A stretch of DNA of 64,000 bases from Candidatus Bathyarchaeota archaeon (GCA_963714275.1 CAVQNT010000007.1:32001-96000), one strand, 5' to 3'; counted from the first letter of the stretch, positions 45,678-56,743 are shown. The notes: a model not told the origin generated them from the letters alone. Made by a program: numbers and translations.

Positions 45678-45803
45678 TATTCACCAATTTACAATTAATG
45701 CTTCATGTTGGTATATAAATATTGCGCATGTTCAACTTGAACAATACAATAAACAATATAAGTATCGGCGACCAAGGCAAAGAACAATGTACGTGAGCGA
45801 CAA

Positions 45804-46241
45804 ATGACCAGCGAAATAGGAGAAAAAACGGAAGCAAACAAGCCTTTAGTCCACATAAAGATGAAGGTCGGAAGCATAGAGTTCGAGCTGGATTGCAGAG
45901 AGGACCAAGTTCAAGAAATGGTGCAAAAAGTCCTTGCTAGCGTGACAGAATACGCAAGTAAAACCGTGAACATTCCGGTTGAAAGACCTTCGCTTCCGGC
46001 AAGAGCTGACACATGCAGGGACATTGCGGAAAGGCTTTGGAAGGACGACTTCTTTGCTGAGCCCAAGTTACTGGGGGACGTCCACGAGGAGATGACGAGA
46101 ATCGGTTACCACTTCGACCGGACAGCTGTTTCGCACGTTCTCCGCGACATGGTCAGGGACGGCATCATCACCAGAGAAGGGAAACCCCGAGGCTACCTTT
46201 ACGTGCAGAAACGTCCCCCAAGCCCAACTCCCAACAGTTAA
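45804..46241 (+). CDS. Winged-helix protein with N-terminal beta-beta-alpha module
   Basis: IKMKVGSIEFEL...; FFAEPKLLGDV...AVSHVLRDMVRDGIITREGKPRGYLY. Confidence 0.75.
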   Translation: MTSEIGEKTEANKPLVHIKMKVGSIEFELDCREDQVQEMVQKVLASVTEYASKTVNIPVERPSLPARADTCRDIAERLWKDDFFAEPKLLGDVHEEMTRIGYHFDRTAVSHVLRDMVRDGIITREGKPRGYLYVQKRPPSPTPNS

Positions 46242-46310
46242 CGATTACTACTTTTTCTGAGATTTTAAAAGGAAACAGAAGCCCTCAGACTAACAATTCT
46301 CGCGCTCGAG

Positions 46311-46410
46311 CTCTGATTTGTTTAACAACCGAAAAAACATTTTGAACAACACATCGGAATAGACCTATCTGATTTGTGTAACAACAGATTTTCAATTTTG
46401 TGTAACAAAT
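46311..46410 (+). repeat. 60-bp-period repeat, locus B (2 units)
   Basis: tctgatttgtttaacaaccga...ttttgaacaa and tatctgatttgtgtaacaacaga...ttttgtgtaacaa; period 56. Confidence 0.8.
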
Positions 46411-46471
46411 GCTTGTTAGGGGATATTGTGTAAGTTCCTTTTTAACCTGAGACCAGAAGGAAAACCTTTTT

Positions 46472-46966
46472 TTATGTTGGCTGCTTTTCGCTAAACATGT
46501 CTTCGGTTTTTTTTATGCCCAGAATTGTTAGTTTGTATTCGCCTTCGATTGTTCTTTCCGTAAGTCCGTCAGCAACTAGCCTCGGTACTTCGTTTGATAT
46601 GGTTTTCCGCGCTTTTCCAGTAATCTTAGCAAGGTCGCTCGAAGACAATGACTCTACAGGTAGCTTACCAAGTTTGTATCCAACATAAGCTCCCAATAGG
46701 GTAATGCAGACTGCGTCCCTTGCTGACAAGTCAGACCCGGAAACAAGGATTGGTCCTTCAGCCGTAATTTCCACGCGTCCGACAAGTTTCGCAGCAAGGT
46801 TGGTCACATCAGGAGTGTAGACGAGTTTTCGGAGAATCTCCAAGTTGGGGTACACTTCAGACAAGAATCGAACCATGAACTCGAACGCTTGATTTACGTC
46901 GCCATCGCAGTCAACCTTAACCTCGCCAAACTCAAGGTGAACCCTAAGATAGTGCTGTTCATTCAT
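46472..46966 (-). CDS. Winged-helix protein (paralog of 46969-47488)
   Basis: LSSSDLAKITGKARKTISNEVPRLVADGL...EGEYKLT. Confidence 0.75.
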   Translation of the reverse strand: MNEQHYLRVHLEFGEVKVDCDGDVNQAFEFMVRFLSEVYPNLEILRKLVYTPDVTNLAAKLVGRVEITAEGPILVSGSDLSARDAVCITLLGAYVGYKLGKLPVESLSSSDLAKITGKARKTISNEVPRLVADGLTERTIEGEYKLTILGIKKTEDMFSEKQPT

Positions 46967-46968
46967 GC

Positions 46969-47488
46969 CTAGGCGTCCTCCCTTGGTTTGAGTTTTGGAA
47001 CAATCTCATCCAGAAAGGCTTTCGTGCCAAAGGTTGTTATGCGGTATTCGCCGCGTCCGACACGCTCAACCCACCCTAAGCTTGTCAGCCTCGCTTAACC
47101 GAGCTCCGACGGTTCCGGATTTTCCTCCAGTCAAAGCCAATATTTCAGCCATCGTTAGAGAGTCTTTTTCGATTCTTCCAGTCTTGTAACCTACGTAGGA
47201 CTTGACAAGGTGCAAAAGAATGATGTCCCTTTCTCCACCTAGTTTGTCCTTAGAAACTGTAACGACAATTCCCTCGGGCGTAAAGGCGATCAATCCTTTA
47301 ATTTCCTTTAACAAGTTCTCCAAGTCAACTGTCAGGGTCAGACCTGAAACAATCTCATAACCTGGCAGAACCTGTCTAACATAATTCAGCATGGTCCTGA
47401 TAACTTGGTCTGGCTTTCCAGTGAACTTGGTTTCAATGCCCTTGTATTTTACGACGACTTCAAGGTCGCTTTCTTCTTTACTCAACAT
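46969..47488 (-). CDS. Winged-helix protein (indel near C-terminus)
   Basis: LTMAEILALTGGKSGTVGARLSE...GWVERVGRGEYRIT. Confidence 0.75.
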
Positions 47489-47671
47489 AATACTCTCCGC
47501 CCGATTAATCAGATGTCAAAGCAAACATGTTGCTTAAGACATATTTGTGTCTCAATATGAAGTGCATGGTTTAAAAGATTTACCGCACAGCTGAATATTG
47601 TCGTGAAATCCTTTCTTTATAGTCATGTGCGCATTTTCGTCGTGTCATGTTTTTATGTTAGAAGATAGAAG

Positions 47672-48389
47672 ATGGTGATGAGTGAGCCAATTTTGAGCGA
47701 AGCTAAAGTGTTTCCGAGACGGCTGAGTTTCCCAAAGATATGCGACATTCTGATAGGCTACCTGAACTCTGATGCCGACAGCCAGTACGTGGGCGTAAGC
47801 GAAGTCGTCGAAAAATCCAGTGTCACACTTCACAACATCAGCCGAAACAACAACTTCCTGAAAAGCTGGAACTTCGTTGAAGAAAACGAACATGAACCCG
47901 GAAAATATAAGCCTGCGCCGCGAAGCCGCTGAATTCGCTTATGCGTATCGAATTGATCCGAACAGCGAACAGACAAGGCAGATGCTTAACAGGTTTCTAT
48001 CTAAAAACCCGGTTCTGACAGCCTTCGTTGAACGGGTTCAGCGGGAAAACCTTAGCCGAGAAACAATTCTGATTGAACTTCCTCGTGTCGTTGGCGACCT
48101 TAGAGCCGACAAGGTTGGACTCACAGCATTTCTTGACATGATTGCGTACGCTTTTCAGATTGGCGAGATATCTGCGCCAATTAAAGCCTTGAGACAGCCG
48201 AGAGAAACCAGAAGAATATCACGACAAACAACAAAGGCTAAGATTGTAACACCAAATATTGTTACACAGTCTCCGACACCGAATATTGCAATAAATATAA
48301 CGGTGAGTCCCGAGATGCCCCCTGAAAAGCTCAAAGCATACGTAAAAGCGATGCTGGAAGCCTACGACGAGTACTACAAAAAAGAATAG
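47672..48389 (+). CDS. Hypothetical winged-helix protein, DUF5343-like architecture (split by an indel)
   Basis: VSEVVEKSSVTLHNISRNNNFLKSWNFVEE...GKY; C-terminal NIAINITVSPE. Confidence 0.6.
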
Positions 48390-48484
48390 AAGAATTTGCG
48401 AACTGGTCGTTTATAGTTTTCCTCTTGCGTTTCAGCCATATCTAGAATCTCTTTTGGTGCCATGCTTTTTAATGGGGTGCTCCT

Positions 48485-50383
48485 TTACTTGTTTTTGGGC
48501 AATTTCTCCTTAAGGGCTCTACTAACTTGTTCAGGCTGAACTTTACCCCTGTATTCCCGCATCACGAGACCCATAAGAAACCCGAAAGCATCCGCACCCC
48601 TTTCTCCTACAACCTCATCATTCTTGCTCACAATGTCATCGATTATACGTGCCAATTCCTGTTCAGAAATCATTGACAAGCCCAAAGCCTTGACAGCTTC
48701 AGAAGGGATGCTGCCTTCGTGTTGAGCAAGCCACGAAATGATGTTCGGGACTGCTTCTTTTGGCGTCTTCCCCGCGTCCACGAGCTGAAAAACCTCCATT
48801 AACTGGTCATCAGAAACCTTGCCAACCTCGACTCCGTCTCTCTTTAGGGCTTTAAAAGTCTCCGTGAACGCAGCGGCAATAAAAGTGGATGATACGCTAG
48901 TCTTTCCCGCAATCTCCTCGAAAAGGTTCAGATACTCGGAGTCTTGAATCTGTCGAGCTATTTTCTCGTTTAAACCGTAATTCTTGATGATTCTTTGAGC
49001 CATCTTCTCAGGTGGTTCAGGAAGCCTGGAACGTAACTGCTTAATGTAATCGTCAGTGATTCCGATGGGCGGGACATCCGTCTCAGGATACATCCGAGCT
49101 GCGCCGGGTCTTGGTCTCATGTAACGCGTTGTTCCATCGGGATTCGCTGCACGGGTCTCCTCTGGAACGCCCTTTAGAGCTTCTCGGGCTCTTTCAACCG
49201 CTGCACGCAATGCGTCAACTGCGTTCTCTTTAGTATCAGCAACCAAAACAATGGCATCAACCATTTCAGCGTTCAACGTTTGCCTGAGTTTACGTATCTC
49301 GTCGTCAGATACTCCATACGAGGGAAGTTCGTCCGTGTGGAGGATGCCGCCTACGCGCCCCCAGAACCTCGCCCGATCCGCAATTTCGGTTCCTAACCTC
49401 AAGTTTGGCACGAGTTCGGTTCCCAGCAGACCCGCGAATTTGGGCAGCTTAACAGCAAAAACCCGTTTTCCTTGACCTAAGGCTTTTTGTATGATGTGGC
49501 AGTCAGTTTTTATGAAGGCTGAAGTTACATCGACAAGGTCCTCCGAAAAACCATCTTGCTGCAGTCCACGTTTCTTCAATTCATCCCTTATTTCGAGAAG
49601 CTTGATCTGGCGTTGGACCTCAAGTTTAACAACAAGCGCAATGATCTCCAGCTCTTGGACTCCCTTTATTTCGATCAATGTGCCGTCTCTGATTGACACG
49701 TTAAGGTCTTGCCTTATCGTCCCGAGACCCCGCTTTACTTTTCGGGTAGTCCGTAAAATCCGTCCTACTGCCAGAGCCACATTTTCCGCTTCTTCAGGCG
49801 TGTATATGACTGGACCCGTCGTTATCTCGATTAAGGGCACGCAAAGCCTGTCGATGCGGTAACGAACCGTTAAACCTTCTGCTCCCGTCTTCCGCGCAGC
49901 ATCTTCCTCAAGGCTTACGTGCTGTATCGGAATCTTTTTTCCGTTAACCGTTATGGCTCCGTCCAATCCGACGACGCACGTCCGCTGGAAGCCCGTTGTG
50001 TTTGAGCCGTCGATTACAACTTTCCGCATCACGTGAACCTCGTCGACTGGTTTCACGTCCATCATCAAAGCTGTCACAAGCGCGGTTTCAAGGGCTTCGC
50101 GGTTCAGCTCGTGCGGAGGCTCCTCGTCCATCTCCACGAGGCACGACGTTCCGCTGTCCGCTTCGTACAATATTTTTAAGCCCTTCTGAAACTCGAAGAA
50201 GGCAGCTGGGTCGGTTTGCCCCAGTTCGCTTTGGGTCGGTCTGAGTCTCCGCAGAAACGTGATTTCGGGTTCTCCCTTGAAAAGGTTAGGTTTGCAGGCG
50301 CAAAAGAGCTTCTCGCGCGTGGCGAGCTGCTGGTGACATTCCAAGCCAACCTTCAAGCCGACAGCGGAAAAGTCGACGTTCAA
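48485..50383 (-). CDS. gatE: Glu-tRNA(Gln) amidotransferase subunit E
   Basis: GLKVGLECHQQL, MRKVVIDGSNTTGFQRT, RPRPGAARMYPETD. Confidence 0.97.
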   Translation of the reverse strand: MNVDFSAVGLKVGLECHQQLATREKLFCACKPNLFKGEPEITFLRRLRPTQSELGQTDPAAFFEFQKGLKILYEADSGTSCLVEMDEEPPHELNREALETALVTALMMDVKPVDEVHVMRKVVIDGSNTTGFQRTCVVGLDGAITVNGKKIPIQHVSLEEDAARKTGAEGLTVRYRIDRLCVPLIEITTGPVIYTPEEAENVALAVGRILRTTRKVKRGLGTIRQDLNVSIRDGTLIEIKGVQELEIIALVVKLEVQRQIKLLEIRDELKKRGLQQDGFSEDLVDVTSAFIKTDCHIIQKALGQGKRVFAVKLPKFAGLLGTELVPNLRLGTEIADRARFWGRVGGILHTDELPSYGVSDDEIRKLRQTLNAEMVDAIVLVADTKENAVDALRAAVERAREALKGVPEETRAANPDGTTRYMRPRPGAARMYPETDVPPIGITDDYIKQLRSRLPEPPEKMAQRIIKNYGLNEKIARQIQDSEYLNLFEEIAGKTSVSSTFIAAAFTETFKALKRDGVEVGKVSDDQLMEVFQLVDAGKTPKEAVPNIISWLAQHEGSIPSEAVKALGLSMISEQELARIIDDIVSKNDEVVGERGADAFGFLMGLVMREYRGKVQPEQVSRALKEKLPKNK

Positions 50384-50388
50384 CCTTA

Positions 50389-51748
50389 TTATGTCTCCTT
50401 CTGTGTTTGTTTCGTGTCTGGCGACTTCGACTGTTCAATTGATCTTTCGGAAATTTCGTGGACCAAGTTTGTTGTGAGAAGCTTCTTGGCTTCATCAATG
50501 TCCTGTTTTTGCCCTAGGCTCCACATGAGCTTGACAAGAGCTGTCTCCGTCAGCATGTCCTGAAGCGGGATGACGCCCATCGCGACTAGGTCTCGACCGT
50601 TAGTGTAGACATTCATGTTCACCCTTCCCCAAATGCACTGCGAAGTCATGGCAACTATCACATTGTTGCCAATGGCTCTTTTGATAGAGGAAAAACATTC
50701 TTGGCGAACGTGTCCAAGCCCTGTTCCTTCTATAATGATGCCTTTGTAGCCAGCCTTCGACGTGCCAATCGATCACCTTCGGGTTCATGCCGGGGTAAAA
50801 TTTGATTAACGCAACTTTCTCTTCGAATTCAGGCTTCAAAACGAGCTTTCGTTCTTTGCTTCTCGGCTGGTAATCCTCAGTTAACATCACGATTTGACCG
50901 TTTGAGACTTTGGCGACTGGCTGAGCGTTCACGGTTTTGAAGGCATCACGTCGGCTTGTGTGAAGCTTCCTCACTTTTGTCCCACGATGCAACACAACAG
51001 CCTCGTCGGAGACGGACTCGTGCATGGCAACAGCGACCTCAGCAAATGGTGCCTTGGAAGCAGCTAAGACGGCGCCGACGAGGTTTAGGGCTGCGTCTGA
51101 GCTCGGTCGGTCCTCGGACCTCTGTGCGCCAACAAGAATAACGGGTACAGGAAGGTTCTGAAGCGCAAAGCTTAGGGCTGCTGAGGTGTAGCCCATAGTG
51201 TCGGTGCCGTGGGTCACCACTACCCCGTCTGTCCCGTTGCGGATGTGTTTTGCCACTGTTTCAGCGGTTTTTATCCAATGCTTTGGCGTCAGGTCTTCGC
51301 TGAAGACGCTGAAAAGTATCTCTGTGTCTACCACCGCCAAGTTTGACAGTTCGGGCACTATGCTGTAGAGGTCTCTCGCTGAGATTGCGGGTCTAACGGC
51401 GCCTGTCCTGTAATCCACCCTGCTGGCTATGGTTCCCCCCGTGCTGACGATTGTTACTTTAGGAAGGCTTCGGTTCTGTTCAGGCAAATCTGGCGGCGTG
51501 AAGGATGGTCTTCTTTCGGCGCCAATCTTCGTAATTTTTGTTATAGACGTTACTTCGACTCCGACATTGTATCCCGATTTTATCTTGATCACGACGTGTT
51601 TGTCGTCTCCAAGTTCCGACCTTGGAATCAGGATGCCTTCATACGTGGACTTATCTTTGGTTACGCGTATGAGGTCTCCTACCTCAGCTTTGGAGTCAAG
51701 GAGAACATCTAGCGCCCTTCCTTTATAACCTAGAAGTTTTTCGCTCAA
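50389..51748 (-). CDS. gatD: Glu-tRNA(Gln) amidotransferase subunit D (split by an indel)
   Basis: STGGTIASRVDY, HGTDT, KLHTSRRDAF, MTSQC. Confidence 0.95.
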
Positions 51749-51913
51749 ACTTCATTCTTCCGTAAAGGTTCAAACGTTGCGTTTCATGATATATTGGATG
51801 GTTTATTCTTATATGGATAAGCTTAAAAATATCCAATAGAGTTTTGCGACTTCCAAGAATGCCATAATTTATTATTGAATGACGCTGAGCCTTAATGTTG
51901 TCGAAGCAAGGAC

Positions 51914-52180
51914 TTAGGCTTGTATGACTTTGTAGACTGCGTCACCTTCTCTGACCCTATTTGCCACTTTAAGTCCTATACTTTGACCCGCCTGAGCTGA
52001 GGGCATGTTCGTGTGTTCTATTTGCATGGAGGACACTGTTTGTTCGAAGTCGGTTGTTGAGCCCTGTAACACAATTCTGTCACCAACCGTTAATGTTCCG
52101 CTTAACTCTATCACTGCGACTCCGATTTTCGTGAAGAAATGACCAACCTTGCCGATTTTCTTTAACTGCCTTTCAGACAT
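51914..52180 (-). CDS. Translation elongation factor-like beta-barrel protein
   Basis: IGKVGHFFTKIGVA...SMQIEH...GLKV..RVREGDAVY. Confidence 0.8.
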   Translation of the reverse strand: MSERQLKKIGKVGHFFTKIGVAVIELSGTLTVGDRIVLQGSTTDFEQTVSSMQIEHTNMPSAQAGQSIGLKVANRVREGDAVYKVIQA

Positions 52181-52352
52181 GTCATCTACCCTACGTTTCT
52201 GATTATCTTGAATTGTGCTTAAATGATTTACCATTCCTAAACTTTGTTTTATTGGCTATGTTTGTTTGCTGTTGAGTAATTTTATTGTTAAGCTAATATC
52301 GATAACCTTAAAGCCAAATATAATAAAATTTAATGAATGTAAGTGACCATTT

Positions 52353-52601
52353 ATGTCCGCAGAAAAGGATGTTCTCCCAAAAATGAATGAGGAATGCGCC
52401 AATGTACTGAAATCCATAGTTTTGGCTCTTGACAGTCCCCTTTCGTACCAGCAGACTCAGGCACGGGCACTATTGGATGTTCTGTACGAAAAGAAATGCA
52501 AAGAAGCTTTAGGCTGGATACACGAAAAATACGGTAATCACCCAGCGGTTCATGTGCAAAAAATCGCTAAACGGGCTCAAGAATTCTATAACCGCCTATG
52601 A
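52353..52601 (+). CDS. Hypothetical protein
   Basis: 82-aa ATG ORF with AT-rich upstream region. Confidence 0.55.
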   Translation: MSAEKDVLPKMNEECANVLKSIVLALDSPLSYQQTQARALLDVLYEKKCKEALGWIHEKYGNHPAVHVQKIAKRAQEFYNRL

Positions 52602-52901
52602 AAAACAAACGGTACAAACGATGCTGGTTCCTGTTCTCCGAATTTTGTTACTATAGGGACTAGACAAATTTTTTAAAATATAATAAAGCTAAAAAAAGTG
52701 ATGGCGTATAATATTTTTTTTGTTATAAAGGATGCTACTGCCTGAAGGTTTGTGTATCGTTCGACGAACTGGTTGCCTTTATCGGTCGTCTGTATCCTTC
52801 TTTCCACTCACCATATTTTGGAAATAGTAAAACCGTTTTTCCATGCTTCGCAACGCCATTATTTTGATTCACATTCCTAGGTATTTTCATTTGTGCTCTT
52901 G

Positions 52902-54278
52902 TCATGTTGTTATTCGTAATGCTATATCCTCCTTGTAATCTGGTGAGACAAGGGTCTTGTTCCCACTAGGGTGGTCGAACTCTTCGGTCTTCTCCATTCT
53001 TCCAGTTTTCGTGTTTACCCATTCCGCGCAGTAGTGACCTTTGGGGAGACTTATTTTCAACTCGACCTTGGTGCCACCATTGACGTAGATCGCATACTTT
53101 TTACCTACCTCAACTAGGGCACGAGCCGTGATGTTGGCTTGGGCAGGAGTTCCCGACAACGGACTGCTGATCTGCCCGCCTTTGATGATGGAGTTATCAG
53201 GCATCATCCTGACGAAATTGAAGCTGTCGATGAAGTCTTTCAGAATTTTCAGTTGTTGACGCAGGCTTGGGCTGCCACCACCAGGAGAGTTGTATTCTAG
53301 GAATGTTCCTCTCGGATGCTTGTACGTGAAGGAGTAATCCAGATTATTGTAAAGTGCGCCGCTTGCGATGATGAAATCCCAGCCTTCGGTGCGGTAAAAC
53401 ACATCCTCTTTACCGCAGAAGCCTGTCTCATTTTCGCCTATTACTTTATTCAAGCCATAATTCATTTCGACCGTGTCAGGCGGATGGCAATAGTGGAAAT
53501 TAAAGATAGATACTGTGGGGTGAGGATTCTGAACCTTCGCCTTTCCGTTGGCGATATTCATTGAAATCAGGTGTTTGGCTGCGAAATCCTTTTCCTCATT
53601 AACGATTGTGTTAATGATGTGGTGCTGCCACGCCATCGTCACTGCGCTGGCATAGGGCTCGTTGCAGACCTCGTAGTAAAGGTTATCGAATTTTTCGAGT
53701 TCCTTCACGATTTTGCGGGTGACGGCTTCCTGCACCGTGGTTAAGTCTTTATGCTTAAGGGTGTAAACCTCTGTGCCGTCGCAGAAGCCTATACCGTTAA
53801 TGTTGTTAGCTGTGTTCATGGGGTTGGCTTTCCAAAGATCTTTAGTGTAGAAGGGGCAGAACAGGTTCATTTCCACAATAATGCTCAGCTGGCTTGCCTG
53901 AGTCATAAAATTTTTTAGGCGTTCAAAGTATGAATCGTCCCATTTGGTTAGGTCGAATTTGTTACCGCCATCGTAATAGCCTGGCTTATCGCTTCGCGTC
54001 CAAGGGCAAATGTAGCGGTTTGGGTGGGGTGCAAGCGTGTTATCTACGATGCCAAACGAGTCCGGGACTTCGCGATAGACTCCAGAAAAAAGGCGCGTGT
54101 GATTAAGGTGATGGACTTGTAGTTCCTTAAGATAAGCAACATAATCAAAATCGAGGTTTAACACTGCGCCATAATGCTCGCCTGAGGTGATGAGGACAGC
54201 AGGTTTCCCTCGAAACAGGAAATAATGGGGATTTTCGGGATGAAGTTGTAAAGGCTTGAAGTTCCGTTTATTCATCAT
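52902..54278 (-). CDS. Putative glycoside hydrolase (GH5-like TIM barrel, C-terminal beta domain)
   Basis: NPHYF, FDLTKWDDSYFERL, YEVCNEP, NETG. Confidence 0.7.
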   Translation of the reverse strand: MMNKRNFKPLQLHPENPHYFLFRGKPAVLITSGEHYGAVLNLDFDYVAYLKELQVHHLNHTRLFSGVYREVPDSFGIVDNTLAPHPNRYICPWTRSDKPGYYDGGNKFDLTKWDDSYFERLKNFMTQASQLSIIVEMNLFCPFYTKDLWKANPMNTANNINGIGFCDGTEVYTLKHKDLTTVQEAVTRKIVKELEKFDNLYYEVCNEPYASAVTMAWQHHIINTIVNEEKDFAAKHLISMNIANGKAKVQNPHPTVSIFNFHYCHPPDTVEMNYGLNKVIGENETGFCGKEDVFYRTEGWDFIIASGALYNNLDYSFTYKHPRGTFLEYNSPGGGSPSLRQQLKILKDFIDSFNFVRMMPDNSIIKGGQISSPLSGTPAQANITARALVEVGKKYAIYVNGGTKVELKISLPKGHYCAEWVNTKTGRMEKTEEFDHPSGNKTLVSPDYKEDIALRITT

Positions 54279-54383
54279 TCTTTCTCCTCATTTTATGATA
54301 TAATACGTTTCATCAATTATCAGGCTAAGTTTAGATTAAAGAATATTAGCGCGCGCGCTCAGTCAGTTTCAGCTGACTAGCTT

Positions 54384-56516
54384 TCACGGATTAGGTTCGA
54401 AGGTTATTTTGTAAGGCGTTCCCTGTTCAGCAGTGAAACTTATGAGTCCTTTGTTGAGCTGAAAACTTATCGGCTCCGTTTTGCTGTCTTCGCCGAGCTT
54501 AAGAACCTTGATGCCTTGTTGTTTTTCCCAGTGTCTAGGAATGGGATATCTGAAAAGACCACCATCTCTGCTGTATCCCAGACAAACATTGTCTCCTTTT
54601 GGGATGAAGCACGTGAAGTCCTTTGAGATTATCTCACCGTTCACTTGCACAACATATTTTTCCGCTTCAGAATCGATTTCGACGTAGCTTCCGTCTTCAT
54701 ATGTAACTTTCTCAACGGTTCCTTCCTTGAGATAAGAGGCCATGTTCTTCCCGTAAAGCTTATTCCAAGGCAAAATTACGAGGTAGTACCTGTCAGTTAT
54801 ATTGTGCATGTTTATGAAAGGCGCCCTCAAAGACCGAAAAGTTGCGGCGCCATAAAGCAAGCTCTTCATGATACCTGATTTACCGTCTCCGCCTAGCCCG
54901 CCGTAGCCTGCCTTGCTGTGGTATATGAATGGGATGAGAGGTATTTCCTCCTCATTTCGGTAGTACACGTTGTCGCGCACGCAAAGGTTCAGGAACCAGC
55001 TTACCTGCCCTATGAAAAGGCTGCTGAAGTCTTCCGTGGTAATGTCTACCCCATGTTTGTTGAACTCTTTTATTATCATGAATTTGCCTTCTAAGTTCTT
55101 TTTGGCGGCAGCTGGGCTTTCAGGGTTGAAATCGTACCTTCTTCCTCCTTTGAAGCTCCCAGATAGCACATCGATGTGGTACGAAACTCTTATCGGATAC
55201 CGTTTCAGCGTGTCACGCACTCTTTGCAGACCGCTTTTTACGGCATACTTGTAGTTGCTGATTAAGTAGGATTGGCCTGAGTTCCAAACACCCGCCGCCA
55301 TTAGGTGCCCTTCTGAGTCCCTAGAGATGGTTTCGGGGTCCCATCCTGGATTTGACATGTAGGCATCGTCGTAATTGTCGTGAAAACTTACTACGACATT
55401 GAATTTGCTTGCTTCCTCCATCAGCTTGACAAGACTTTTATATCCTCCGAGTTTTTCATTGACTTTGTCAACAGCTGGATAGCCTGTATCGTGGCCAGTG
55501 TACTGCCATCCGACAAGATACACGATTTGTGGCGCAAAGTCAGTAAGGTATGCGATTTTCGTGAACAATTCCAGGGCTTCGAGAAACGTGGTGATGTCCT
55601 TTTGTCCCGGTTCATCCAGAAAAATCTTGTACATTAATTTGTCAGTGTACAACGGATTAATTGAAACATTGATTTTGTCTCTAATGAACTTGGCAGCGTC
55701 CACCCACGAGGTTTCGCCGTCATTGTCGTAGTCGCCTATGATGGAAATCGACGCTTCAGAGGATTCTTGAACCAAAAGGTGATATTTAGGTTCACGGGCT
55801 GGAATTAGATGACCGTATTCTACTAGATCATATTCTCGTAATCTATAGATAAAATCCAAAGACAATGAACAGTACCGTTTATCGTCCGATCCATAAATGC
55901 TATTTCTCATCTGGTTCTCCAAAGAATCGGTTTCAAGTACACCTATAACCTTATCGTTGTAAACAAACTCAGCAAGCAACGGGTTAAGCCAATCAATCTT
56001 GAACTTCACGCTCCCGTTTGGAGCCGTAGTGACTTCAACAAGCCGCCCAGCCTCAGCAGGAAAACCGAGTTTCGACTGTTTTCCCTCAGCCTTAACCGTG
56101 ATGAGGTTTGGCATACTGATGTTGATGAGGTGGAAATCCCCGTTTTCGACGACGTTGCCGAATTTGACGGATAAACCGTTGTCTGTCAGTTCATAAAAGA
56201 GGTCAAGCTCTACCGCCTTGTCTTTTTCGTGGGTTACAGTGACGTGATAGTTAGCTGTGTCTTTAGTGAATTTGGGCTTAAAAGAAACCTCCATGAGATT
56301 AGTCGGAATAAGGTCTGCTTGTTTACATACTGAAAGTCCGATAGAGGATCTTCGGGGTAAGTAAACTTCGCCTAGGAGTTTGCCACGTGATGGTTTATGA
56401 AGGTATTCATGTATTATTGGTTCTTTTTTTCCTACTGTTATCCTTACTTGAGAGTTTTCTAAGAAAACTACCTCGCTATTTTCTATAGTCATTTCAAGTG
56501 TCACTGGACTTTCCAA
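54384..56516 (-). CDS. Endo-alpha-N-acetylgalactosaminidase-like (GH101-related) glycoside hydrolase
   Basis: YLVGWQYTGHDTGYP, SFHDNYDDAY, YHIDV. Confidence 0.7.
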   Translation of the reverse strand: MESPVTLEMTIENSEVVFLENSQVRITVGKKEPIIHEYLHKPSRGKLLGEVYLPRRSSIGLSVCKQADLIPTNLMEVSFKPKFTKDTANYHVTVTHEKDKAVELDLFYELTDNGLSVKFGNVVENGDFHLINISMPNLITVKAEGKQSKLGFPAEAGRLVEVTTAPNGSVKFKIDWLNPLLAEFVYNDKVIGVLETDSLENQMRNSIYGSDDKRYCSLSLDFIYRLREYDLVEYGHLIPAREPKYHLLVQESSEASISIIGDYDNDGETSWVDAAKFIRDKINVSINPLYTDKLMYKIFLDEPGQKDITTFLEALELFTKIAYLTDFAPQIVYLVGWQYTGHDTGYPAVDKVNEKLGGYKSLVKLMEEASKFNVVVSFHDNYDDAYMSNPGWDPETISRDSEGHLMAAGVWNSGQSYLISNYKYAVKSGLQRVRDTLKRYPIRVSYHIDVLSGSFKGGRRYDFNPESPAAAKKNLEGKFMIIKEFNKHGVDITTEDFSSLFIGQVSWFLNLCVRDNVYYRNEEEIPLIPFIYHSKAGYGGLGGDGKSGIMKSLLYGAATFRSLRAPFINMHNITDRYYLVILPWNKLYGKNMASYLKEGTVEKVTYEDGSYVEIDSEAEKYVVQVNGEIISKDFTCFIPKGDNVCLGYSRDGGLFRYPIPRHWEKQQGIKVLKLGEDSKTEPISFQLNKGLISFTAEQGTPYKITFEPNP

Positions 56517-56660
56517 TGCTTTTTAGATATAAAAGCTTCTTCGTGAAAAAAAAGATTCTTTTTCCTAAATCTGACACTAAATTAGTTTATTAACATAAAT
56601 TAAAGCCACCAAAAACCTTAATTTTTAGACTTAAATAAACGGTTAATCTCAGTACAACAA

Positions 56661-56743
56661 GCGGGGGTGTCCGAGTGGTCAAAGGAGGCAGGCTTAGGAC
56701 CTGCTGGCGAAGGCCTGCGCGGGTTCAAACCCCGTCCTCCGCA
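56661..56743 (+). tRNA. tRNA-Leu(TAG), no intron, CCA not encoded
   Basis: GCGGGGG/CCTCCGC acceptor stem, GCAGG-CTTAGGA-CCTGC anticodon arm, long variable arm, GGTTCAAA T-loop. Confidence 0.95.

Noticed and set aside
46311-46410. The 60-bp-period repeats as a CRISPR array or ORB-type origin
   Set aside because: Only 2-3 degenerate units per locus, no cas genes, no ORB consensus and no adjacent cdc6/orc1
334-51748. Many split genes as pseudogenes or programmed frameshifts
   Set aside because: Indels hit housekeeping genes (thermosome, gatD, nadE, trm1, hppA) at scattered positions with no shared slippery motif; uncorrected long-read error is the simpler explanation
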